A stretch of 32,803 nt of DNA from Macrostomum lignano. Its lineage: Eukaryota. Shown here piece after piece: positions 1 through 12,381 of the stretch. The DNA lies in NCBI GenBank assembly GCA_002269645.1, contig NIVC01004870.1:1-32803 (forward strand), written 5' to 3'. Each line of letters starts with the position of its first letter. The stretch's first letter is position 1. The position numbers and the translations under genes are program-made. The notes under the pieces were generated by a model. The model searched no databases. It was not told the DNA's origin and saw only the letters and a list, made by a program, of their open reading frames with translations.

Positions 1-1645
1 CAAATAGTATCTAGCATAGATTGGTCCTCAATAGTGCAGCTATGTAGATGTGGCAATGTTGCAGTTTTTCGTGTAATTATTTTTACTTTTGAATATGTGC
101 CAACGTGTCACGGAGGTTTAAATTTGTGTTGACTTATCATGCCACATCATCCTAAAAGGCCATAGACACTTTTGGGCAAGTTTTAGTGAGGGGTGAAGGC
201 AGCAATCTTTACACTGCTCAAGATTTCCCAACCTAGAATTGCCTTAAGATATACATATTTTGCAAGTCATGGCAGGATGTCCAGCTGCACAATCATTTAT
301 AATCCCACCTGCTAAGGTTTGTACCTGCTGCTGAGCTACTGAATCTGATAGATAGCACATTCCCTTTGCGCTACATGTATGATGTGACTCACGACACAGT
401 ATCAATCATTTGTTGGCCTAGATAAGTTCCACCTGCTGCTAATCTTTGGTACAGTACTGTATTGGTTGCCCATTATTATCCCCTACGAGGATTGATTTAG
501 TTTTAAGACTTGTTTTGAGCAACTTTTGAGGATTCAGTGATTAAGGAGCGATGTTATAGTCCTATTAATGTTCACTTGTTTGATTGTTCATGAAATTGGT
601 GTATATTCAAAAGTAAAAATAATTATGCGAAACAAACTGCAACATTGCCATAGATGCAAGTATATAGTCTAGCATATTAATGTAGTTTAATACAAGAAAG
701 GAGATATCTAGCACAGTTTAAACTTGGCTATAGTAGGGATTAAATGCAATCCTAAAGTCGTAAACCTAAATCCTAAACAAAGCTGTCACTAGGCCTAGGC
801 CAAGATAATCTGTCACTACTTTGTCTATTGCCAAATCATTTGTCCTATATAGCCTAGGCCTAGCCCTATAATCCGGATCATACTAGGTATACACCTAAAC
901 AAAAATTAAATAATTACAAATGCACTCTGAAAAAATGAATGTATGCCCATTCTCAAAACTATGCTAGTTTTGCAATAATAAATGACATTTTTTATATCAC
1001 AACAATTAAAAACTTTTTTAAATTGCATTATAGACCCTTTTTTAAGAAAAATTTAATTAGGTTAATTTTTCTGCTTTTTTGATTATACTAAGCATATTCA
1101 TAATTGAAAATGCATAGGGCCTACATGCAAAGATTTGTTTAAATGCTTTTTTATAAGCTTAAAAAAACTAGAAAGCTTGAAATTTACACTTTAAAATGAA
1201 CTTTTTTTCATATTTTTTCTACTTTACAACAACTCTCATGTGATTCTATGATTAGGCCTATGAAGTGCATGCCAGGTATGCACACATAATATTTTCTTAG
1301 GAGTGGTGTATGCCAGCTGTACATACTACTTTTGGCATGCAAGGCCAATACACGCCCAAATTTTTGGGCATATACTACAAGATCTAGAGTATAGGCCTAG
1401 CCTAGTTGTCAGTTGTCACTATCTGTTCTATTATATTAGGCCTAGTATTACCATAAAAATTTAAATATTGAACAAATTATTTCTTAATTTTAGGCAATCC
1501 TTTGCCTTTGGTTTCTTGCTCTAAATTATTTAAATCTCTTTTTTGGACTTTTTTGCTATTGCCAGCCAGTATGGCTAGCCAACTTCCAATGCCACAACCA
1601 CAATCTATTGTCCCTGTAGCTGAAGTCCCCAACAACCTAGCGGCT

Positions 1646-1828
1646 CACACAAATACTATAGAGGGAATGTGGGGCTACTGCAAAGCCACGTTCCAAGCTT
1701 TGCATGGAACCAGCAACAAGTTATTCAAAACATACCTCGTACCTGCAGGAGTTCATGTGGCGACAAGCTTTTTCCCATAACACTTCAGCAATATCCTCTA
1801 CTGGATAAGACACTACTACCGTGTAGAA
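1646..1828 (+). mobile_element. Merlin / IS1595(ISXO2)-like DDE transposase C-terminal relic, frameshifted
   Basis: Reads HTNTIEGMWGYCKATFQALHGTSNKLFKTYL. After removing a 7-bp insertion it continues YLQEFMWRQAFSHN, and after a further 1-bp shift FSNILYWIRHYYRVE. This matches the HTNTIEGxW...K...YLxEFxWR...F..IL..I C-terminal signature of ISXO2/Merlin transposases. No TIRs identified. Confidence 0.7.
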
Positions 1829-3697
1829 CTCTGTGAGCTTGTTAGACTCTAAAAAGTTCAAAAAGGGGTTTAAATAATTAAGAGTGGGAAACCAAAGGAT
1901 CGCGAGTGACGAAGAAAGAATTGAATACTACTTAAGTGACTTTAAGCCTAGCCCTAGGGCTATCACAGTAGTCAGTAAGTATCAATACAATAGAACTATG
2001 CCTATCTAATCATTTAGTTTAGGCTTAAGTTAAGGCATAAATAAATAAAGTTTTAAACACAATCAATTTTGATTCAATTGAACAGCTTCTCGTTTTTTCT
2101 GCAGAATTCTTGAGTGCAATGCTTCAATTGTAAATATAAAAAATCGCTGGATAATATTACAATTGTACAGTCGAGAGTAAGACGTGCAAGGTAATCCTTG
2201 GGTTGTGGATATTTGTTCTCTGAAGCCCTGCTTGTCTTAAAACGAATTTCAAAGAAACCCTTTGAAACAAAGTGACCAACTTTAGCTTCGTGTGATTCTT
2301 TTCGTGCGACGTGCAAGTAAAATTCTAGCTTCAACAGGAAACATTTTTTTAAATAAACTGTTAAAAGCAACTATTATTTACCTTATAAATACACTATAAA
2401 TGAAGCGTAAAACCTGTTATAATACGTATTTTTATTTCAAAGCCGGAAGTTTTTACCCTTCAAGCTTGATAGAAATCGCGAGTATATAAATATGAAGTTT
2501 TACGTTTTATCATAGTTTAAAGAAAAGTGACGTATTTTAGACGACTCGCGTCAAACGTGTATAAAGCTTAAAAAATGTTGAAAGGCGACTTCTCAGCGAG
2601 ACTGGAACTGTAAAACGAACACACATCTGCCGCTGAAGATGAAAATAAAAAGCTGTGAGAAACGCAACAACTGTTTTTATCGTATTTTGTTAACATGCCC
2701 ATAAAAATCACATGTATGCATATAAGATATTCTCTAACTCAGTTTACAACATTTAAAACGGTGTGAACAATCAGATTGTAATATATATATCGAATTATAT
2801 ATAGACCTTAATATATATATTAACCCTCGTTGCTCTAAGGTTGGCGCAGCACTGGTAGGGCTGTCATTGAAACAATATGTGCGTATAAGCAATCGCTTAC
2901 CGCACAACAGGACCACCTTTTAAAATTGTGACTGCTACTTGGATTTCTAGTGGAAATTAAGTCAAAATTAAAAACAATTTATTATAACCTTTGCTTTCCC
3001 GTCTTTCCGATTCGATCTTTTGCAAAGAGATTCGACATTGTGCTTCTGGCTGACTATTTCCCCACCAAGTGTTTTGTACTAGCCACCCCTTACGTAATAA
3101 AATCCTATATGATGAGGACGCACCTTTTTTCAATCTTAGAACTGCACTTTTTGCTTCGATGCGCTTTTCCCCTACTGTCAGTAGGCTAGTTTGGGAATTT
3201 CTCTCCGTTCTCTCACCTAGGCAAAGTTCTATACTAATGTATAACATTACTATTAATTATCTTAGATACTCAATGTACTTCTCTTAGGATTCTAATTTTG
3301 GATTGTTTACGCATCTTTGAAGGTCAGACTGTCTGGGTTTGAGACGGATTGACCTCTAACAGTCTAGACAGGCGACACTAAGTCTGGGAGGAATGTTTTC
3401 AACCCCATTCTGACCCACAGATTTGTGGCTTTTTCACTGTTTTCAGTGATTTATGGCGGCATAGCTGTCACTTTTGGCTCCAGCCTGTCTGGGTCAAAGA
3501 GGTCTCTCCAGCTTTCTCCCCACTCGCTCTGTTACTTTCTCCTTTGATTTATGGGCGTTTTGCTGTCACTTTTGGCGCCAGGATGTCTAGACAAGGGACT
3601 TTTATTGCGTTTCGCTCATGATTTATGACCGCACCTGTCAACTTCCCTGGGGTCTGAAGGCCACCTGGCAGGGTGGGTTTTGGGGTTTTGAGCTCAG

Positions 3698-3829
3698 CCA
3701 ATCAGAGTCGACCTGACTGCCCTTGGCTCGACCAATCAGAAAATTCGGCGCCTTTTTTAACAAAAGCTCTTAGCCAATCATAAAATTCGGCGTGCGTTAT
3801 AACAAATCGGCCGCGTGAGAGCTATAAAA
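3698..3829 (+). promoter_or_regulatory. Pol II promoter-like module (3 CCAAT boxes + TATA), possibly part of a retroelement LTR/5' region
   Basis: CCAAT at 3698, 3732 and 3774 (the last two lie in a 19-bp direct repeat CCAATCAxAAAATTCGGCG), followed by TATAAAA at 3823-3829. No downstream ORF of 60 aa or more. Confidence 0.5.
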
Positions 3830-5304
3830 GGCGGCAACTCGAACCGCACTCGAGGTTACCGGGTCATTATCCCTACCTTGGCCTTGGCCAGACCTGCCGA
3901 CCTTATCCCCTTCGGCTTCTGCAGAGTCTTCGACGTCTGATCCCCCTTCACCCGGCAGTTTCGGCTTCACCAGCTAAGTTCCCCTTGAGAGGTTTCACCA
4001 GTACTTCTCGGCCGTGAACAAAGGGCAGCAACAGCAATCGGCAGGTGAAGAGTAACGGCGGCACTCGTCAGTTAAGATCAGCAGCAGCATCCCATCTGAG
4101 CGCTGCGGTCTCTGTGGATTTCTTGGCCACCGGCAGATAGGTCCTCTGATTGGTTGGGTGAGAGGCTTTCTTGACCTGCTAAACTGGGTGCGCCCTTTGT
4201 CTGACCCCTTCCTAGGTAGTCTGATAGGATTTGCACTTTTGCTTACTTGCTTTTGCGTGTCGAACTCGAGGCAGAAGTGTCAGTTAATATTAAAAGTAGC
4301 CATTCGCTCTAACTCAATTTAAAGTGTTTAGGATTGCGGATTAAGTGAGAAAGTTAAACCTGGAAGTTAAAGACTTAACGTTTTCTTTCTTTTTCGCAAT
4401 GCCAGCTGAGATGAGCGGCTAGACCTAGAGGCAGGGGTCACAGTGAACCGGAAGCGACACAGTTCCCAGTCAATCAGTCGATCTAAGAAAACATGATAAG
4501 CATGCAAATTAAGTGCCAGACTGGTGCTTTCGCGCGGTCTCAGGCAGCTAAGCGGCTAAAACGAGTTAAATGTTAGTCTAAAGATCTCCAAAAGTAACAA
4601 TGTACCTACATCATCGCTATCTGTCGACGTGTTAACACATTTAGTGCCAAAAGCGTGCAGTCACGTGTACTGATACATGTACTTCTGGGAATTTGGTAAT
4701 GAAATAGTACTTTTAGTTGTGTATGAAGGCTCGCCAGCGCAGGAACCCCTTGCAAAAGTCCTCTCTGTCCCTGCATGGCCAATGTGATCTTAGTCCCAGC
4801 AGCGTCCCTTCTATTCGGCTATGACTTCGAGATTTAGACAGCTAAAAGACACTAGATGGCAGGTAAGTGCAGTGCCCCTCTAGTCGGAAGTCCGATTTCG
4901 ATAGTTCCGGTTTGGTGAGCCGGGGCGCACGGACTGGTGGCAGCGGGTTAGTTAATCTGCGGATTAGCTAATCTCTACCTTTCAAATTCTCCCTGCTTGT
5001 CTCTCGCTGTCTTCTCTTAGCTATAGGACCTTGTTGCTCGCCCACAATCTAGCTACCATGGGGCTGACCATCTGACAGGAGTGAGAGGCCAGAGTTCTAA
5101 GTGATTCATTTCTGAGTTCTGAGGCCCGAAGCTATAGGCTTAAAAAGGCCGAACCCATCATATAGCTGAAATTCATTTAACAAAAACATTTACAGACCAT
5201 TTAAAGTTGGTTTATTATGCAGTAAAGTAGTGAGTAATCATTAATATATGCCCCATTAATTATATTGTCAGTATCATGACGTAGCGAGAAACCCCGAACA
5301 GCCT

Positions 5305-7688
5305 CTAAACAGTGTAGAGGCCCAAGCAGGCTGAGTTGCTAGTATGGAACTGAGTCGCGACCAGACTGACCGCCATGCACACTGCGCAGACTTCAGACAC
5401 GGCAAAGAATAGCCTGTCAGCAGCGCATAAAACGGCGGCCCATTCGTTGCTCCTCTGTTTTACCTGAGCTCCACTGACTGATGAGATTGCAGCTGAGACT
5501 CCTCGGCGATTGTCGGCTGCGAGCTTCTCACGAATCTGTTAAGGAAGAGAGCTCGGATGAGCCGATTGTTCACCGGAGCGCCGCTCTTCATTGCGAATTG
5601 GCAGTTGAGCACGAATGCGTTGCAGAACACGTTCAGAATTGTCATTAGCAGCGTCACGCTGAAGTACCAAGCTGCAATGAGAGAAATCATCAAGTTAGTT
5701 ACTCTAAAACAAATTGATGCATTGGAACTCTAAGAGATAAAATAGGTGTCGATCTGAGATAGAAGAGCATATATATCAGAACCAATGATGCTGGGGGGAG
5801 GGGTTTCAGCAGTTTTTCTGAAATCGAAGAAGCTTTGTGCATTGGACTCACTGATGAGCGGCACGGACTCGCTCTGAGCAGGCGTGTAGTCGCCAGCCAG
5901 CTGCAGGAACACGCACATTGACAGCAAGATGGTGACGCTGAACGACACTCGCTCGCCGCACTCGGGCGGCAGGCGAAAGACGAGCGCAGCGATGGCAAGG
6001 AGAAGCACGCTGGGCAGCATCAGGTTCACCACGTAGAATGTTGATCTCCGCTGCGGCAAGATTGTTAAAAAATTAATTTATTTACCAGCTAGTCCAGGTT
6101 CGAAAATTCTAGTCATAACCCGTACCGCAATCCGACGTCGGTCGATATTTCCCGACGTTTTTCGACGTCTATGACAAATATGAACTTTAACATTGCAACG
6201 ACGTTCAGCCGACGTATTTTGGACGTCGTTATCTGTTCGATGTATTGTAAAAGTACATGGCTGTCATAGACGTTGAAAGACGTCGGGAAGGTCGGCCGAC
6301 GTCGGATTGCGGTGCGGGTAAGAATTAATAATTGTAATATTATTCCAGTCACCTGAAAAGTGACGCCTAAGATTGCGGTAGTAGTTAAAAAAACCGGGTC
6401 AGCTTCCATGACAGCGCTGAGCACGCAGTACTCGTTGTTGCTGAACATGTAGGAGGCCACAGCATCGCTTGGAGTGACTGGCTGAACAACAAGCCGCAAG
6501 TTCTTTGGAATTTGCATCCAGGTCGAGATCCTAGTTCTACAGGTCTGCGTATCGAATGGAAAGCGGAACATCAGCATCTGGCACTTCAAAGTGATGCTGA
6601 CGTCAGAGGCTTTCATGACTGATCCGTTGTTGTGCACCAAAAGCTGCGAACTGTCGGTTGACAGGAACTTAATATCGAGACTGGAATTTGTTATTATCAA
6701 ATGCGCACGTTGAGAGGGAAAGGAAAAATAGAGAAAGCTAGTAAATAAAAGTTTTTATACATGTGCGACGTAACGGGAGTAAAAATGAAGTCTCATGCGC
6801 ATACAGAGCTAGGGGTATTCAAGCTTATTTTTTCGTTTTCCGTGTTTAAAATATATTACTGTACAAAATTTCCAACTACACTTAAACATGAAAGTAAACG
6901 TTACTTTCTCTCCCACATAACGCTTTGGACAGGTCCTGTTCTCGTAAGGGATGTTTTCGGTCCCGCAGTCTTCATTATATCACAGGCCAGTTTATGGTTC
7001 ATATGGAGTACAGTCGCAATTAAACAAAAATGGCGTTAGTGCTGTCTTACACGTTGTTTACTATAAGGTCCGGCTGCCACACCAGTTCAGCTGGCAAACT
7101 GATGGAGTCCAAGCTATTCAAACTGGAGTTCCGCTTGCCATACCACGACAGGCGTCGATCCACCCATTTCTAAAATATTGCAGCATCGTGTAAGAGTTGA
7201 TTAAAACGAACCCAATCTCAAGAAAATTTACCTGCACTATCCACAGTCGAAGCGAAACCTCTTGAGCCGCCGAGTCCTGCAAAAGATGCAACAGCTGGAT
7301 ACATTACCGTGTTTGGGTAAATGAGTTGACCCTTCGATCTCAGATCAATGAATCTCTTGTGAAACAAAAAACTAAGCATGATTCAGTGTGGTTTAATATA
7401 ATGTCAGCACTTGCACTTGCGAATATCAACAATGAAAACTGACAAGGTGGCGGGGCCCACCCCCCTGCTCACCACTCTGGCCAAGCTGGTCAGGTAGGCA
7501 AATATCTGCACTGTGTTTGCGGACCCATTGTCGGGTGGCGGGCGTACGGCTTTGTTGTACTCCGTCCTGAAATTCAGCGCATCGAACACAGCCTGATCCA
7601 GAAAAACTTCAGAGGACTCCGTACCGAATGCGCCACTGAAGAGCGAGGGGGCGACCTGAAAAAAGACGACAAGGCCCAGTAAGCCCAT
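5305..7688 (-). CDS. Cys-loop ligand-gated ion channel, nicotinic acetylcholine receptor-like non-alpha subunit
   Basis: Exons 7688-7473, 7276-7232, 7169-7051, 6680-6353, 6050-5852, 5671-~5574 and 5535-5305; the first five introns are GT-AG and phase-compatible. Contains a signal peptide, YNKAVRP, WQPDL, Cys-loop CQMLMFRFPFDTQTC, M1 FYVVNLMLP, M2 GERVSFSVTILLS, M3, and pre-M4/M4 NEWAAVLCAADRLFF. The M3-M4 junction needs a frame change (see findings). Confidence 0.9.
6119..6318. mobile_element. 200-bp MITE with ~55-bp imperfect TIRs and TAA target-site duplication, in intron 4 of the channel gene
   Basis: Left end CCCGTACCGCAATCCGACGTCGG...GACGTCTATGACA is the reverse complement of right end TGTCATAGACGT...CCGACGTCGGATTGCGGTGCGGG. 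TAA at 6116-6118 and 6319-6321. Confidence 0.85.
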
Positions 7689-9214
7689 GCTGGATAGTCG
7701 GGCAGGCGCTGGAGAATGGACCAAAATTTCATGGTTTGTCAAGGATTTTATGCCAGAATTATTTACTATGAGAAATACTTCTGGGCCGGCCGGTGTCTTG
7801 GATTTCAGGGGTTTATCAAGATAGCAAATCAAACACTCATGCTCTGTATGCAGTATTTGCCTCTTCAACAGACTTTCTAGTTTAGCCTTTACAGTCGGCA
7901 GGATGCTGTCCCCCTTCAACCTGCCTCTTCTAGAGAAAATCAATATACTGGTAGCTCGTAAAATCCATCATAGAACTTACCTACGAGTGAATTCTTTCGA
8001 AGAGTCTCATGTGAATAGACCCCTTAGATACACGTACTTTATTTGATGAATTCAGCAAAGGAAACCGGCGTTTTGTATGGCTGCGTGATGTGCGTGTGTG
8101 ACACTGTATTGCCTGTCAGGTGAAGTCGCAGCTGGTGCAGGAGATGCTGCCTCTGATGCTACAGGCCACCCTATACTGGCGGGGACAGGCGCGCACTTGG
8201 CTCCAAATTCTGTCATTGAATTACTTTAAAATACATCGCACCAATTCTTTGCAGTCTATGTGTTCAAATTGCTTTGATTTGGGACCAAATTATATTATAA
8301 TTTAATGGTCCTCCTCGTACAGGACCCATTAACGCAGACACACGAATTTCAAAAAAACGGACTAAATTTTTTCGCGCACCTTCTCAAATAAGAATTAAGT
8401 CTCAGCCCTCCAGACCGTCGAGACAGGCAACGATTTGAAGGTCGGATTCTTCCCTTAAGCGCTAGTGTATTCAATGTTCAGCACTGCTTCTCAGTGCAGC
8501 CTTGACGAAGACATATGTCTCAATTAGCTCTGACTTTAGTTGGTCAATGGCTTTCAACAAGCTGGCCCCAGGTGACTATGAACACCCTGTTGCGAATTTC
8601 TCTGAAGTCTCTGATCAGGCCTCAACTGCTAGGCATCCCCAGCCAGTCTCTCAAGTATTCAGTCGTCATTCAGACGTCGTCGCCTCCTTTAACGGATGGC
8701 ACCAAGGTTTCGATCGGTTTCAGAAGTTCCTGTTTCTAAATATTTTGCCCGAAGCGTAATGTGTATCAGTTTCCCACTGAGAATTCCATTGGAGAAGTTC
8801 GACACGCTCACATGAAGAAGCGAAGCCATGACAACATCACATTTGAGATTGCAATGACTGTCAGATAATAAAATATTTTTCAGGTATGTGCTGATTTTAT
8901 TTAGATGGAGAACAGTTTCCTCGTATAAAATAATATTTTTAAGAAGCTTAGATCAACTTTTTGTAGATAGGTTGGGATTCAGTTCTGGGGGTTGGGATTG
9001 GGTTTTGAAGGCTGTGACGCTTTGAGTTTGCATATTAGATTATTTAAAAAGAAAAATTATACTTCTGTTTTTGCAGAAATCTCGATCGGCAAAAAAAATC
9101 TCGTAGAATTATTAAAACTTCTCTGATTTTCTGAACAAAAAAAGCAACATCGGTTTTCCCGTGAAGACTAAACGTAGTAGATTAACTTCAGCTGAAACCA
9201 TGGCAGCCTAAAAT

Positions 9215-10553
9215 TCACACCTGCAGCATCATCCGCATCTCACGGAAAGCCTTGTAGCTTCCAATGCAAGCCGAGGCCATGTAGGAGGAACCGGACGCCT
9301 GCGTGGCTGAGTGCACACCGTTCGGGTTGGAGTTCATGCAAGATTTCCACCAGTAGCCGCCGCTCCCATACTTGGTGCTGCAGCTGGTGGAAGAAGCGTC
9401 GTTGTCCCTGTCGAAGGTGGAGAACTGCTGGCCGCGAGCCGTCGACAAAAAGTCGCAGCTCATGGTAGAGTTGGCGCTGAGGAAGCTGCCGAAGTTCATC
9501 CTGTAGTTCGTGCTAGAATTCCCAACAGTGAAGCCAAGCCACTCGAAGACGTAGAAATCTTCGTCGAAAGTCAGGATCTCGATTCGCAGGTTTCTCGGGC
9601 TGGTTGCAGTCACATTGTGGATGCTTTCGAGGCCTGAAGTTTTGACAGGAACTTGTTAACTCTTCAACATGATCTGTTATGAAGAGCCACACCCTCACGA
9701 GCCAATATACTCTCGAACTTTCACAGTTCAAATGTAAAATTTCAATAAAACGGCAATGCCTTGCTTTTGAAACTGAAGACACTCACCAGCCCAGAACTCC
9801 GTGGCATTCCCGAAGCCGCTGACGTAGTCATTCCAGTTCCTGTTGAAGGCGATTTGACCCGTCTGTCTCTGCTGGAACACCCAGAATGTCCGGCCACTGA
9901 TCTGCTGCTGGTATCCGAAAGCCCCGATCAGCATGCCAGTCGGGTTGCTTGAACTCATTCCGGTGGCCTCGGTAGTTTCAGACGTTTCAGTAGCTTCAGA
10001 TGTTCCGGTAGTTTCCGGCGTTTCTTCATCCGTTTCAGGTGATCCGGTAGGTTCAGAAATTCTGGTAGTTTCAGTAGCTTCGATGGCAGCTGTTGCGTCT
10101 GGAGTTCAAATAGTACAGCATTGAAAGCATTGAAAGTCGGTTAGAAGGATAATCTGAACTTTAGTTACTCACCCGGTGCAGCGCGCATCCGGTACACGGT
10201 CGCAGCACCGGATGCGGCGCAGTCAGCATTGTCGGACAGGACGCAGACTCCGTTGATGAAGCTGTAGGAGAGGCTGTCGCCGGCCTGAGCGCATTTCACT
10301 GCGCACTCGATGTCGCTGCGAGCGCTCACGGTGACCGAGCTGGCATCGCAGGAGGCTTTCGCGGTGACCGCGTCAAATTCGATGCTGGCGATGTTGTTGT
10401 TCAAGTCTGTATTGAAATTTGTTACCGGACCGTATTTGAGTTGTTACGAGTATTAAGTATTTAATGATCGCTTAACAAACCGGACCTGAACTCACCTGAG
10501 GCAGCTGCAAAGGCAGCAAAAAACTGCAGACTGAGAAAAGCAAGGAGTTTCAT
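9215..10553 (-). CDS. Secreted fibrinogen-related protein A: signal peptide + PAN/apple-like domain + Thr/Glu-rich linker + fibrinogen C-terminal domain (~340 aa)
   Basis: Exons 10553-10496, 10406-10173, 10098-9787 and 9633-9215, all phase-1 GT-AG introns. FBG motifs: WVFQQRQTG, FNRNWNDYVSGFG, EFWAGLESIH, FSTFDRDND, GGYWWKSCMNSNPNG. PAN-like motif: ECAVKC...SYSFINGVCVL. Confidence 0.9.
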
Positions 10554-11182
10554 TTCTTCAGGGACAATTTCAATTATTTTCTTTCTGTTGCTTTCTTCCA
10601 GGCAACTGGCCTTGTTCTTCTTCTGCTTAAATGCAGCTTGGCTTTCTTGCGTTTCTGTCACGGCCGATGGCTCAGGCTTTATCTGCCTGGCTGAGCCTGC
10701 GAACAATGTCCTCATCCCAAACTTCTTGGCTCTCATGGCAGTGAGAGATGCGAGATGAGCTTCTTGACAACCGGCCTTCCAGCAACTGGTGCCTGCAGAG
10801 TGGGCCCAGGCGACACCCTCTGGAACACAGAAATAATGTCTCACGCAGTCGCCACGCTTTGTTGCCATTGCGGAAACGTGCAGATATTAAACTGTCTGAA
10901 TAGAATTTATTGCTGTCAGAGCAGACATGAGAGTTGGGCAGAAGTGCTGATCGAAGAGTAGAACTCATTGCATGTCTGGTTATTGATTAAACATTGAGGC
11001 TGCTGCATGCTTCCCTAGGACACTTTATTGTTTTCGTAGAGTGAAAGCCTTGCTCTGACTTAACCAGAAAATACAGGTGATTTATCTTCCAAATAAAATT
11101 TGAGACAGATTTCTCTCACCATGACTGTTGGCACAATTTTTTAAAATCAAAATTACGCTCGTACATGACAGTGCAGCAGAGA

Positions 11183-11255
11183 GCGGAGCAGCTCAGCGGT
11201 AAACGCGTCCGATTCTCGAGCCACGACCCCGGGTTCGATCCCGTGCGCGGCCGCA
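11183..11255 (+). mobile_element. tRNA-derived SINE head (body probably extends to ~11550)
   Basis: A-box-like AGCTCAGCGG and B-box GGTTCGATCC (11232-11241). The anticodon and acceptor stems do not pair, so this is not an intact tRNA. Confidence 0.55.
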
Positions 11256-12135
11256 TTCTTTGGGGCTTGTGCGTGAAATTGGATGAGAGGTTTTTCGTGC
11301 GATTCCCCAGATGCAGGGGAATACCACACTGCCACACTGCCCGCTGGAAGGTGGGCGAGCGAGGTGACAGAGGACCTTGTGTGGCAGCACCTGCGGAGTG
11401 GAGACACGGCATTCTGCTTTCGGCTTGAAACAACGCCCGAATCATTTCCTACTAAGCGAGCATCTTGCAGGGCGGCTCCTTTCAGCAGGCCGGTCGAGAC
11501 GTAGTGCAATGCGCGGGGTCCGCGGTGTGGAGTGCAGGCAGGAAGCGGACGAACCGGTATTGGCCGTTGCTCAGTCTCTTAAGACCCTCGGGTATTCAGA
11601 ATGCATTTCCTGCATCATTTTAAACTCCTTCCTGCATCCTGTGCAGCTGCTGCTTTTTGTAAGATACTCGGTTGATTTAAGCTCGATAATTCTATATTTT
11701 CTGAAGATTTCAAAGCTTTTCATAGCTATAGGTCAGGTAACTTGTGCTATAAAAACATTTGAATGTTTCAGCATAAATCCCCGGATTTTTATTACGTCAA
11801 ATGCTTTTGCACTCTACGAGTCTGTACAACCGTACCTGTGCGAGCAGCGTGTGCATAGACTTCAGGTCGCTAGTATTGCTCAGCTGATAACCCGGAAAAG
11901 GTTTGTAGCGATCGGCTTCCATGCACCAAACCGAAAACAATTGGGTTATATTAGATTTGCAACCTCAATGGTAGCGCTCCTTCAGTAGACCAAGGATCGG
12001 AATGTCTAAAGAGCTCAATGTATTAGATTAACCATATTGGACTGACTGAGAAGGCAAACACGGTGTCCTTTTCAATGATTGAATTATATCACATTATTCC
12101 CCGCCGGCGTGACGTGCCTGACAATAGGTAAAACA

Positions 12136-12145
12136 TGATTGACAG
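12136..12145 (+). promoter_or_regulatory. PBX-PREP/MEIS composite site TGATTGACAG upstream of FREP B
   Basis: Exact decamer 246 bp upstream of the ATG, with TATA-like TATAAA at ~12223. The same decamer is conserved at 14228-14237 in the relic paralog. Confidence 0.45.
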
Positions 12146-12381
12146 GTGCGCCTGTGGATCTCCCAACAGTCAAACATCGAGAATTGATACTTTTTATAAT
12201 CCCTTTATTAGAATACTCAGCTATAAACAAAAACAGCTGTGCAGCAACGAAAAACTAGGAAAATCCATCGCAAACTCGTTGCTAGGAATCGCCGAAAAAA
12301 ACTGAATCCGCCAACTAGAAGAAAAACCCGAGTTCTCGGAAATCGAGAAAGTTGGAAAGAGCTGCATAGCAACTCGCAACG

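Noticed and set aside
2074-2370. 98-aa minus-strand ORF in AT-rich block
   Set aside because: No ATG start, recognisable domain or consistent splice sites.
8460-8860. Possible degenerate LINE reverse-transcriptase fragment (LLGIPSQ on +, LRQGC on -)
   Set aside because: The motif-like words lie on opposite strands and are too short. Not supportable without a profile search.
11560-11930. Exon-like minus-strand segments (MEADRYKPFPGYQ…LAQ|GT; CTGCRKEF)
   Set aside because: They cannot be joined into a recognisable gene, and the PGYQ similarity to the FREPs is too short to be meaningful.
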